A stretch of DNA of 61,192 nt, the filler included, from Bipalium vagum (taxonomy: Eukaryota), in assembly GCA_037834085.1 (NCBI GenBank). It is 3 parts of 3 records of this genome, joined end to end, with 100 filler letters (N's around TTAATTAATTAA, not from the genome) between each part and the next. Parts side by side here need not be neighbours in the genome. Positions count along the whole stretch, not along the records: positions 1 to 25,592 come from JBBMKC010188738.1; 2 more parts are not named here. One strand, given 5' to 3'. The position numbers were made by a program, and so were the translations under genes. Shown piece after piece: positions 1 to 12,642 of this stretch. The notes below the pieces were generated by a model that worked only from the letters and a program-made list of their open reading frames with translations, searched no databases and was not told where the DNA came from. Numbering within the stretch: the first letter of the stretch is position 1; every line of letters starts with the position of its first letter.

Positions 1-49
1 AAAATTTGAAAATTATTTAAATTACAAAAAGTTATGATCATTTTTAGGT

Positions 50-76
50 AGGAAGTAACTTTTGGCACACCCTGTA
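50..76. mobile_element. Terminal inverted repeat end of a Tc1/mariner-superfamily element (rest lies upstream of the window)
   Basis: Ends ...GTAACTTTTGGCACACCCTGTA, the reverse complement of the TACAGGGTG terminus also seen at 55777. Confidence 0.55.
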
Positions 77-1464
77 TTATCCATTAAAAATTTTAGTCAT
101 GATTAGGAAACCTAATCCATTAATTTTTCAACTTGAACGAACACTTTGGAGACTAACTAAATGATTAAAGCTCCTGGAGTTTCATTTTTCTTAATGAAAA
201 AGAGCATCTGTTAAGAAAACTGAAAATATTTGTTTCGTGTAAATTAGAATGATTTCCTAAATTTGCTATGCACATAAAATTATTTTTTGCATTTGATTTC
301 TCATATGTCAAGTCTTCTGATTCTATAGTTTCTTCTGTTGATAATGAAAAGAAGTAGAAAATATAGAATTTATATCAAAATGTTTTTCTATTTCTATAAA
401 TATATAAATATAAAATGTAGATTAAATATAGGGGTATTTTGCTCTATTTTTGCTATTTCATTTCTGTAATTTTTTTTCTATGCACTAAAACTGTAGATTT
501 GCTTCCTTTTTCCCTTTTTCAATTAAAAATATTTTTTTGTAGGAATTATGAATATTTTATAAAATCTTAATGATTCAGTAAAATCAATAATTAAAATGGT
601 TTAATTATTGATTGTTACGTAAGACCAAATTTTCAAACAGATAAATTTTAGAGTTAATTATTGATTTTTTTATATGTGATTTGAGCAAATTAATATGGTG
701 ACCACAACAACACACCCTATAGGAGGAACACTTCTTCCAAAAATCGTGAATTGGTCTGGACCTATTCACCAACCAATGCCACAGATATTTCGATGTTTTG
801 AACAAGTCTAAAAGAATGTCCAAAGCATAGATTGGGTAGTATGAAAGAACAGCAAACAACGGATATATTTAAAGGTCGATTAGGTCTGGCATTTGCTAAA
901 GAAAAGGATGTGATGACAGACTATGAAGAACTGTTACAATACAAACGCAATTCAGATAATATTCAGACTTTTCAGAAGGTCAAAAAAGGGATGGAACACC
1001 AGCCTACAGAAGATGAGTTAGCTGCCAGAATTTTTTTAAATTTCATAAATAACGGCAATGTCAACAAAGAGGCTGAAATGTTCGAAATAAAGACCGCTAA
1101 GAAAATTGGAAATGTAATGCAAAATTTGGAAATATTGAAAAGAAAAAAAACAACAGCCATATAAATGCGGTAGAACATAAGCAGTCAGTTTGATATACAT
1201 TCAGACAAATAAATTGTTTGGGATGTCGGGAGTCTGGTCATATGATTAGGAATTTTCCAAAAAGAAATGTTTTGCCTGTGGAAAGATCGGCCACATTAGC
1301 CGATATTGTTTAAAAGCAAGGTTGGTAGACTACGGAAGAAGCGGACATAACATGTCAGATTGTTTTAGAATTTCATATCACAGAAAGGGTTATAACACAA
1401 GCGGAAGATTTAAAGAAGAAAGAGAAAAATTCAGGATAAATCGAATAGAAACAGATGTTCCAAT

Positions 1465-2485
1465 TGTTGGGTTTACCCAAGACACCCCCCGGAAAAAAAA
1501 TTTAAATAAGAAAACCGTAAATAGAGCATAAATAATAATAATAATAATAATAAAAATAATATTAATAATTAAATTAATTAACACTCGAAAAGTATTTTAA
1601 AAATTTCAAGAAATTTTATTTGGAAAATACTCAGAAAATAAAATAACCCTCCAAAAATAATTTGTATTTTTAAAGAAGCCTAAAAGAGGTATTTTAATAA
1701 ATATTAAGGGTCATAATAAAATAATTTTTAGGGAATTCTTAGGAAATTTAGAATTTTAAGTACAATTCTGAGATTATTTCAAGAATATTTCCCAGATGAA
1801 GATCAGTCTCAAATAGTATATAAGCAAAGGGATTTCAGTAGATTTTCACCCCTCAGAGAACAGACAGAATAATCTGAAGACATTATTAGAAGATATTTGT
1901 TGACACGGACAGAAGGAAGATATAATAAAAAGATTATCGAAGAGATCAAACGACGACAAAAGATTATCAAAGAGATCAACCTACGACAAAAGATTATCGA
2001 GAATATTCGTCACAGGAAGACGCTTATATAAACCCCAGGAACCAAGTATTGATATTTTCCGTTCTATGATTTGGCCCACCAAAGGGTTATCGGTGAGTAA
2101 CCGTTAGGGCTCAGACGATAACTCTGGAGTTTTAACGACAACTTAATTGTAAGACTTTTCCTTTTTGTTTTTTTTATCTTAAGTAAAAAGTAATATTTTA
2201 TTGTAATTTTGTTAAAATTTCATTATTAATATTAATTTCGTATTAATCGTGCATTTTGACATTACCTTTAATTATTTTGGTGTGGTGTATTTTTACTGGA
2301 TCGTGTAAGAGTTGAGTAACATTTCAGAAATTAGTTGTGATCCCAGGCTCTTGCATTATCTATTGTAATTCCGTGCATTTTATTTTTGTGTGGTATAAAT
2401 ACAAGTGTTGCTTTACTGATTGTTTTTATTTGCACCACCTAAGATTGAGAGTCAGGTTTAGATTTGATACACTAAATATTGAACA
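1465..2485 (+). mobile_element. Solo LTR (1021 bp) inserted in the gag of the older element
   Basis: Termini TGTT...AACA. Flanked by 4-bp TSD CAAT (1461-1464 and 2486-2489). Internal TATATAAA at ~2026. Removing it restores gag frame INRIETDVP|IEEDDNNSYPN. Confidence 0.85.
1928..2000 (+). repeat. 30-bp tandem repeat (~2.5 copies) within the LTR
   Basis: AGATTATC recurs at 1931, 1961 and 1991; unit ~AAAAGATTATCRAAGAGATCAAMCKACGAC. Confidence 0.9.
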
Positions 2486-4132
2486 CAATAGAAGAGGATG
2501 ACAATAACAGCTACCCAAATACCAGGGGGCAACAGTGAAAGTATATTGTTTTCTAAAGAAGGAGTGTTTTGGTAGAAAAGAATTCGAAAACTTGATGGCA
2601 ATAAGTGATGAGAAACAGAACGATACAATAAGAAGAGGCAGGTCAAGCGTTACAATAACGTTGCAAGGATTAGTATTTCATTGTTTATTGGACACCGGGG
2701 CGCGAATCAACGTGACGACCTGGAAGATTGCAAGGCAATTAGAAATAGAAGAGCAAATTAACAACAGCGAGCAAAGGCTAAAATTTTGTGGTGAAATCGG
2801 TTACACCAGATATCATCAGAGGTATTGAGTTACAGAAAAAATTCCGTTTTGTTCTCAACCAAAGTCAGATCAGAGAAATATACATCAGGAAGAAGATTGA
2901 CCTAGAGCACTTGTAAGGCCTCGAAGCAAGATTTGGCAGGACGATAAAAATAGGTGAGAGAAAACAAAGAGCGCTGAAGATAATGGAGATTAAGGAAGAT
3001 TTAGCATTAGGGAAAATTATTACATGAGTTGGAAGATGCATTTATGGCAGACAAATGGGACATTAACTGTACTCATCTTAAGAACCACACTTCAGCCGAT
3101 GGTAAGGCAATTAATATCAAACCTTTATATATAAATGGAAGGTAAAATCAATTAAGCTATTCAAATTTTGCATGAGAACTACATAATTAGAAAATTCCGT
3201 TGATCTGTGTATGGAAGAAGGATAAAGAAATGTTCAGATTATGTTTGGATTTCAAGCAGTTAAAAGCAATTCATATTTTATAGTATAATCCCTAACATAT
3301 TTGTCTAACTTATTCATTGGTCTTATTTCCTAAAATTTTTTGTAGAATTAACTGTTTATTAACTTTGGTCATTTATCGGGGAAAATAATTCTTACGAATT
3401 GATATAAAATAAGAAATAGCTTAATATAAAAATAAACGAGTTAGGATGAAGTACAAAAATAATGAAATTAACAATTTTCGAGAACGAATGTTATTTTAAT
3501 TAGAATAGTAATACATCAATAAAGTAATAATGTATGCGAACTGTACTAACTTGAAATTTACATTGTTTGAAATTTGGACCAAAAATCTATCATTATACCC
3601 ATAACTTATGAAAATCCCTTTAGTATTTAAACTTATTATTCCTGATTAATTTTTATCTATCCTAAAACTTAAATATTTCACCTAAGTCAGTAAATAAAGT
3701 TTTTGCAAATAACAATAGCTAGTTTTGTTTTAGATTAGCTATCCTTTTATTGATATTCTCTACTTTAATTTGATTAGAGGAAAGCAAATTTCTTTCCATA
3801 CTAAACTTAAGCAAAATAAACATTTTACTTCTTTCCTACTAAGTTAATCCTTTCAATTTTGATCAAATCCGAATTCAACCAAAGCACACGATAATTAATC
3901 GAAAAAATATAAACATCGACTTTCCAAAATTGTCATAGATTTTATTTTTATAATTTATGGTATTAATAAAAAATGTACACACAGTCACAGGCACACAGAC
4001 AGAGTCTGTTATTTTCTCACAATGGCACCCGAGACAAGGACTTCAACTGACCACAAAAACTCAAGTCAAGCCCCCATCCCCTCCTCCTACCTACACACAC
4101 AGACATTTCATAATACACACTAACGATAATTT

Positions 4133-7100
4133 TCAGCCCGTTGTATTGCTGTTGCTATTGTTATTGATGGTGCCGGCGGCTTCAACACTTGGCACCGTGT
4201 TGGACGTCATCATGGTATGATGCTGTGAGTGGTGAATGGCGTTGATTTGAGCATTATTGTTATTGGTGGTAATGTTTTGGCTTAGAGTATTCGAAGACAT
4301 CATCATCTGCTGTTGCTGCTGTTGGTACTGGTGCTGGTGCTGATGCGAATGTTGGGGGTGCTGCTGGTCATGCTGTTGTTGAGAGAAGTTTATATTCAAA
4401 ATGCTCTCATTCATCTTTCTGGAACCCATCGATACTACTGGTCCTGTCGGTCCTCCAGGTCCTCCTCCCACAACTGATTGGCTCTGAAACATTTGATTCT
4501 GTGAATATTGTTGTTGTTGTGGAGGTTGTTGCATAGCCATGTTGTGCATGTTCCCACTCATCCCTTGCTGGAGGTGCTGTTGAATGATTGGTAAATTCTG
4601 AGATTGCTGCTGTTGTTGAAGATGATGTTGTTGATGCTGTAGAGGCATGCTGGGAGTTAGTTGTTGATGCTGCTGTCCACCACCTTGTTGTTGTGGCGAC
4701 GGTTGCATCTCCGAATTGTTCTGTGGATATTGAACCAGGCCTGGATTAAGAGGATTTGTATGCTGGTGTTGATGGTGGTGGTGTGGCACAGACGGATTGT
4801 TTGGAAATTGTTGTGGTTGCAGCTGTTCAGTTTGCGTTGGTGGCACCGGTGCTGCCGTGTTGTGAAATACCGTAGTCGACACCGGTGGGTGATGATGATT
4901 GGTTGCAGCAGTCGGTGGAATCGGGTGAAATTGATTGTGGCCAACAACACGAGCACGTGATTCCACTGTTTTCAAAAGTTCCATGTGGAACGCTTGGCGA
5001 TCCAATAGAAGTTGTTGTCTTTGTTGTTCCAATACTTCATATTCTCGTTCAATGATAGCTTCTAACTCCTGATCACAATAATCGATAATGAAAATCAATT
5101 ATAAATAATATAATGGATAATAAAAATCAAATAATTGAATAATCAATAATTAAAAAATAAATCAAACTTGAAATTGCTTCAATTTCATTTCCATTTTTTT
5201 CAGCTGTGCCTCCACCAGTTGGGCAACCAATCCTTTGATTTTCTTTTCCTCTGATTGGGCCAAATATTTCGCTTTTGTCGCTGACGAGGCCAAGGCCACG
5301 CTTGCGGCTTCAACCATATGACGAGAATTAGAATCTTTGTCGAACGGTTTTGATTCAATAGTGGCGATAACGCCACCAGAACCGGGACCGACAACAGCAT
5401 TATTAACGTCATTTGAAACAGATTTATCCGTTGATATTTCCGGTTTCAAATCGTTGTCTTCCAACAAAACCGGTTGGGTTTCGTAGTCCATTCGTTCTTT
5501 TTCCTCGGATCCAGCGTGAGATTCAATTTCAACTAATAATAATAACAATAAATAATAATAAAATAAAAAAATTAATCGAAAATCAATGACAATTACTCTT
5601 TAAATAAAATTTTAATTATTTATTTTTATAATTTAAAGACAATAAATATTTATTATTAAAATAAAATGACAATAATTTTAAAATAAAACTTAATAAGTAT
5701 CAATAAATTTTATTGATGAATAAATTAATAATTATAATCAATGATAAAAAATTAATTATTATTAAATTAATAATGAAAAAAAACAAGACTTGATAATAAT
5801 ATTAATCATAAAACTTTATAATTAATATTACTAGTTAAAATTAAAATTAAAAATTAATGAAAATAAAAATAAATTTAATAAAAACAATTAATCAATAAAA
5901 ATATTTGAGAATTATAAAATAATCAATAATAAAAAGATTTTTAAAAATCGATTACAATAGAGAAAATTATAAATTATCAAAATTATAAAAATGAAGAAAA
6001 AAGTGTGGGAAAGTCTTTTAATTCTATCATTTACTTTTATTATTATCGATTTCCGATTTCACTGAAGTTGACATCATCGAATCCCCAACAATATTGGATT
6101 TGCTCTGACAATCCTCGTCCTTTTGAAGCAGAGATTCATCGTCCATTGTGTCACATGAAGGCGGTTTAGTCAATGTCGTTGTCGTTGGTGTAGCCTGAAA
6201 CCAAAATTGTTTTCACAATCAATGTTTTAAAATAACAAAAAATTAATTTACAATATTTTTATCTGTTCCCGTCACCGATACAGGACCACCACCGTTACTA
6301 TCGCAACCGTCTTCGCGATGATCACAATCCATCTCATCGTGGCCGTCGATCACAGATTCGTCTTCTTTCTTGTTCTCTGTTCCTGCTTCCCCTCCCTCTC
6401 CTTCTCCGACTCCATCGATGGATTTAACATCTCCTGTTCCTCCTGGTCCTGACAATATTGCTGCCACTGGTACCCTCGGTTCCAGCCCTGTGTCACCGTT
6501 TGCATCACCACCAACACTGTTATTTTTCATCTTATACTCTTTTACCATTTGTTCCGGAATTTCATCTTTCAATCGACTAAACTCATTTAACGCTGCTTTG
6601 GCCGCTTCACTGGCAATCTTTAATTATAATCAAAATCAATAATCCTTCAATCGTTATTTATTAACAATGAAAAAATCAATTTCATTGTAAAGATATTGAT
6701 TTTATTTATTAAAAATTATATATATCAATTATTACTATTATTATCGATTATTATTGTTAATAATAAAAATTATTTTAATTTTTTAAAATTATTATTATTA
6801 CAAATTAACAAATTAAATAAATCAATATTTTATTGAATTTTCTTTAACTGACCGAAAAACCATGATGAAATAAAAGAAAATCAAAAATTTCGAACCCTGG
6901 GGTCCACATAAGAAGCCAAAAAGGCAACGGTCGACATAATGGGATTGCCAGATTTCGAGAACGGTATCGGTTGGTAACATAGCGTATCCATGAGAGCAGC
7001 ATCGCCCTCTAGATACGGATCTTCAATGGGCAGACGCAGAAAGTAGAGAATGCATTCTTCCTGGGTACGTGAGCTGACATGCTCGGCTACCTTGTTCCAA

Positions 7101-9779
7101 TCGTCTTTGTACATTTCTAGACCTTCAAGCAAAAGCAACGTCTCTTGATCCGTCCATTCTTTGGATCGGGTAGGCAGACCGAATGGTGCAGGTGCAACGG
7201 AAGGCAACCCCAAAGTGGCGTGACCACTAGACACAGTACTAGCGCTACTGCGATGATCGACAGGGTTGACTGCAACCCCAAGGTTAGACGATTGGGTCGA
7301 TGGATCGACACTATGGCCCAATGATGACGAGTTTTCATTTCTATCGATTCCGTCCATTGGTCGATTCGATGATGCAGACAGATATTGATCGTTGTGTACA
7401 CCGTAATCTACACAACTATCGATCGGCGATTCCATATTCTGAGAATTATAAATTATTAATAAAAAAAAATAAAATCAACTATAATAATAAAAATAATAAT
7501 AATTGATTAAAAATAAAATAAAAAAATCACTTAAATATTAATAATAATGAAAATAAAAAATTTTAAAAAACAAATCGATATAATTTTTAATCAATAAAAA
7601 TTGATACATATATCAAATATAAATAAATCGAAATCGATGAAAATATTAAATAATCGAACCTTGACTTGAGCGTTCTGTGATGAGAGTTCCTTTAATGTTC
7701 CCGTGGAACCGGAACCAGGTGTGAGAAGTGACGATTTTTTTTCCGTTATTGATTGCGATGATTTCAGAATATTCGATTGATTTTGACTGCTCAATGATTG
7801 AAGTCCATTGGCAGAATCGGTGAGCACATGAAAATGGGACGTGTTGGGCGGTCCCAAACTACCTGCGGTAATTTTTCCTTCTTGATCGACCTGTAGTGTA
7901 CAGTAAAGGATGAATAATTAATAATATTATTATTATTTACATAAAATAAATATAATTTATATAATTGTAAAAATTAAACTTATTAATAATATTTCTTTAA
8001 TATATGCTAATAATTAATAGTATCATTATAATTTTTAAGATTAATATTAATTAATTAATTTCGATTATTTTTAGTTAATTATAATTAAATTCTGTATCAT
8101 TAACATATAATGTCTTTTTTTTCTTTAATCAATTATTACAAATATTTTTAATATTTTTTAAAATAATAAATATTTCTAATATTTCTTCTATGATAAAAAT
8201 AATTATTAATATTGACTAATAATTTTAAAATAATTTCATTTAATAAATTTTTAATAATAATAATTTATATTGATAAAAATTGAAACAATATATAAAAATA
8301 TAAAAAACAAAAAACAATAAATTAAATTATAAATATATTCAATAAAAATAAATCTTAAAGATAAGCATCAATTAAAATATTTAATAAAACAAATAATAAT
8401 AATGATTAAATAAATCGTCACCTGATAATTGATGAGCCCCCATTGTTCAAGAAAGGCATGGACACGCAAGATTGAACAGACATCACCAGTCAAATTGCGA
8501 CGACAAGCCGTAAACGTTAAATATTCCTGGGGATTCAATCGATATGTATCGATCATAAAATTTCGATATGCCATGTAGACCTCGGCCGACTTGCTTTTGT
8601 TTTTCCCAACGAAAAACTCTGGAAGTGCTCTGCGTTCGATCACGTGCACGCTGTTGTAATCAAACCATGCCGAATAGCTCGGGATCACAATACAGTGTGC
8701 TTGTTCCGTGACGCTCATGTCGGCGTGGAATGTGTCGTCCACTTGGTGATTATTGTTATTTCCGCCACCAGGCGTGGTCGTGGTTAACGCCCCTCCTCCT
8801 AGTGATCCAAAAGCGCCACCGTTACTGGTACCACTACCTACGCCGGTTGTCAATGATACAAGAGCAGCGCCAGCAGTAGCGCAAGACGACGAGCCTTGGG
8901 TGTCCTCGTCGAGATCGTAAAACACACTTCGATTATTACTATTGCTATTGTTGTTGTCATTTATCGATGATCCTGTTCCTACTCCACCCGCTCCGGTTGT
9001 TCCCGTTGTTAATGACGACGATCCTGTGATAATTGATGAACCACCACGGCGTCCACCTCCAGCACCAGTACTACCAGAAGCGTTATTGATTGACACTTCT
9101 TCCACTCGATTTGGACATTCGGGATCATCCAGATCCTTCGTGACGTCGTCTTCATCGTAATCGTCCTTTAGTCGCGAACGGAACAAAGACATTCAGTCAA
9201 TCAATAAATCAATGGGATAGTGAGATAAACCCCCAATAAATAAATAAGATAATGACAAAAACCATAATCAATGAAATAATAAAATAAACAAACATTGCCA
9301 TGTCGGGTTACGATTTGGTGTGCTTTACTTTTGCGAAGCGTTGCACCTCCGCCACCGCCTATTCCTGCGGTTCCGGTGGTTGATCGCGATCCAGTCGTAC
9401 TTAGCTTCTTGCGCTTGCTATTGTTGGAGGTGATCTCATCTCTGTTACTGTTAGTATTGCTGTTGTTTGTCGAGGGGGACGGTGATAATTTTCGTTTTTT
9501 CTTTTCCTTCTTTACGCTCGTTGGAGGGGGATTTGAATTCGATTGAGTTTGATCTCCGACGCTTGGTGGTTGAGAAGAATTGGTGCTCAGAATTAAGCTC
9601 AATTCATCCACTGTTAATTAATCGGAAAAAAACAATAAATTTTTAAAAATCGATCAACCAATCAACTAATTTCATTTGATAATTTCCGATAATTGTTTTT
9701 GATCTCAATTATTTCATTTATTATTAACTTTTTAAATAATGATCAATTGTAATTAGTAATTTTATTTTAATTATCGATT

Positions 9780-9829
<50 letters not shown>

Positions 9830-11510
9830 GATCATCATCAAAAATTAATTGATAAATTAATAAAATTGAATTTTCATTGGCATAACGACTTAAATTAAAT
9901 TAATCAATAAATTAATCGGTATTATAAAAGAAAATCAAAACCGTGTTACCGCTGTACGTTTTCCTTGCCACCAACGGTTTTCGATTAGCTTGTTTAGCGA
10001 ATTCTTGTTGAGTTGGGGCCAGCAAATAGTCTTCTTCTGCCATCCACTCATTGTACTCAACCGTAGAAACCAACCATCGATAATCGATTTCCCATTGTTG
10101 TTGCTGTTGATTGGTATTGGCAACCCCAGTAACGAGAACGAGCGAATGTTTTATCGGAGGTTCCGGTACCAAATCACAATCACCGGGAATATCTAATCGG
10201 AAGACAAAAGGATTAACAAAAAATCAATCAATAAATCAATATAGAAAACAAAAGAAACTCACTGGAAATCCAATTATCATAAGACTCCGGTGTTCCAATC
10301 CAGTGCAACATGATTCCTTTGCCTTCTTTCATTACAATCCGAATTGTCTCTTCTTCATCATTGCAGGTCTTGTCATGTTGCTCATCACGGTCCCCTACTG
10401 TAACGTGTGACGACTTAAGTACCACAGGTTTTGGAAACAATAAATGCGTTGCGTCGCTGGCATTGTCGACTACTTGGAGCTGGATGGTTCGGCTCAATGT
10501 TCTTAGCCTTTCCTGCAATTCCTGTTGAGGAAAAATATTTTTTTATAATAAATCAATAATAGTTGTTAATTAATAAATATTATTGATTATTAATATTATG
10601 ATTGATAATTTATTTATTTTTCATAAAAATAATCAATAATAATCATTTATTAATAAATTATAATACATTGTATGGACAACTTTTATTTTTAAATCAATAC
10701 CCTTAATGAGAGTTAAATATGTATATAAAATTTGTTTATTTTAAAAACCAATAATCAGAAATTAATCAATAATAACAAATTAAGATTGATAAAATTGACT
10801 TAATTAAATAAAACATTTTAATAATCGATTTAATAACAAAAGATGGATTATTTATATTTTATTGATTTTTATTAAAAATAATCAAGAATTATAGAAATCG
10901 ATTTATTTAAATCAATAATAAAAAATTTAATATAAAAAATCAATAAATTCGATAAAACATCTATTATAAATAATCGATAATTACCGGATTCAATGTTGGA
11001 CAAAGCCAGACAATTGGTTGTTCCCAGCATTTGTGATTTTGTAATTCGTGTTTGATTTGAACGAACATTTCCATATTCCTTTCAAACTTTGACGGTGACT
11101 GGAAATCGAATCGGCGAATTCCTTGGTCGAATTTGAACTTGAGACAAGCAGAGAAAATGTGACACAAACTGCCACCTGGTTTGAAGTCAAAGAAACAATG
11201 AACTGGCAACTTCATCATCATGGGAACAACTTCATTCTTCTGATAGAAAATGAAGAATATTGATTAATTAAGCGGCTTTTATATTTATTACTGCTGCCAG
11301 CGTAGCTGATTTTCCGAACGACTCTTCTTGGTACTGGAGCAATTGATAACACAATGTTGCCAGACTTTTATTGGTCATTGGGTCATTCTGCCAATACTTC
11401 TTACAATTTCTTGTGAGCCATGTTCTGACAGTGTCAAACAAGGCAATAATTTCTGGATTATCATAAAATCTCTGGTTTGGTAAACCATCTTTCTTTTTCA
11501 ATAACATCAT
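4133..11510 (-). CDS. SMARCC2: SWI/SNF (BAF) complex subunit SMARCC1/2 (BAF155/BAF170, Moira), complete, ~1545 aa
   Basis: 12 GT-AG exons in consistent phase: 11292-11510, 10985-11239, 10263-10521, 9950-10192, 9294-9610, 8422-9165, 7660-7890, 6896-7438, 6252-6617, 6035-6194, 5168-5532, 4133-5068 (4638 nt). N-terminal KKKDG.PN, chromo-like LHW..PESYDNW, SWIRM ([27 protein letters not shown]...WGLINYQV), SANT ([28 protein letters not shown]), leucine zipper ([26 protein letters not shown]), Q/H/P-rich tail. Confidence 0.96.
9781..9828. repeat. (ATT)n microsatellite in a SMARCC intron
   Basis: Read directly from the sequence. Confidence 0.9.
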
Positions 11511-12121
11511 TGTGAACTATGATAAATTATCGATTTTAAAAATGTGTCATGCGACAAAAATATTCATTGTTAATAATATATTTTATGGAAAAAAATAAAA
11601 TGTCTTACAAGTTCAAAAATTTACAAAACATAAACAATAATGTGAATTTTAAATGTTATAAATAAAATCATTTAAACAAGAATCTTTAAATTTATTGTTT
11701 AATGTTTGTTGAATATTTGTGATAATTGTTTTTAAAATTAAATTTCATATCTTACTAATTTTTAATACAAAAAAATAATTAAATTAAAAATAAATCGAAT
11801 TCTTATTAGAGATTAAATTTCCCCGAAAGCTAGTTATTTGTTTCTGATTATCTTCGATTTTTGGCATTCTCATTTTGATAAATAAGTTTGTATCGAAATC
11901 TTTTTTCATGTCAAATTTTCATATTACATTACTGTGAAATTGATATATAAAGAAGTGTAAATTGATATAAAAATGTTAAATCTGAAATTTTTTCAAAAGA
12001 AAAGTATAATTAAGCATCACCAAAGATAAAACGAACTATATATTTGGATCTGTTATCTCTGTGTTGAAAACAATTAAGTGTACTAATGTTGAGTTCGCCA
12101 AAGGCATGACCACTAAGGGTC

Positions 12122-12171
<50 letters not shown>
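12122..12171. repeat. (AAT)n microsatellite, possibly the tail of a non-LTR retroelement 3' end
   Basis: About 16 AAT units, preceded by small hairpins GCC-AAA-GGC and TGACC-ACTAAG-GGTCA. Confidence 0.85.
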
Positions 12172-12173
<2 letters not shown>

Positions 12174-12642
12174 TGTCTATAATAATAATTAATTAATTTA
12201 TTATAATAATTTGAAACTTATAAAAAGAAGAAAATATCGTTGAAGTAATCGTTGGAAGAATTTATTTTTCAGGGAAGATTTTAGTTCAAAAATTATCATT
12301 TTAAGGTAAGTAATTTTATTTTATCTTTTTAGACGTCAATGCAATGGGTCCAGTCGATTTAGGTCCTGTCGGTTTTTAAATTTTATCGCTTTAATTTGTT
12401 GAGTTCTGCTGACAATCGAGATATTTGGATAATAGGGAGCACAAGAGATAGTATTATAGGAGAGAAGATTTGGATGGAATGGTTAGAGAATTTGTTTGCC
12501 ATTGAGATTTGTGCGTATGGGTGGGCTCATTAAGCCACGAGAGCACATTGTGAAGAGAGCATTGAGAGTGTACAATTATTGTGGTTATGTGAATGTATGT
12601 ATAGTGTCAGTAATTTGTAGTAGTAGTAGTACTACAACTAGG

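Larger units (their letters stand above)
832..3275 (+). mobile_element. Decayed Ty3/Gypsy LTR retrotransposon internal region (gag-pol pseudogene), interrupted by a solo LTR
   Basis: Three CCHC knuckle remnants (CLGCRESGHMIRNF ~1214; CFACGKIGHISRYC ~1268; GRSGHNMSDC ~1335). Aspartic protease motif CLLDTGARINV (~2682). RT N-terminal motif VWKKDKEMFRLCLDFKQL (~3209). Many stops and frameshifts. Confidence 0.85.

Noticed and set aside
1928-2000. 30-bp periodic repeat resembling a CRISPR array
   Set aside because: No unique spacers, no cas genes, and it lies inside a eukaryotic LTR.
3957-10528. Multiple + strand ORFs overlapping SMARCC
   Set aside because: Antisense shadows of GC-rich, low-complexity exons with no independent motifs.
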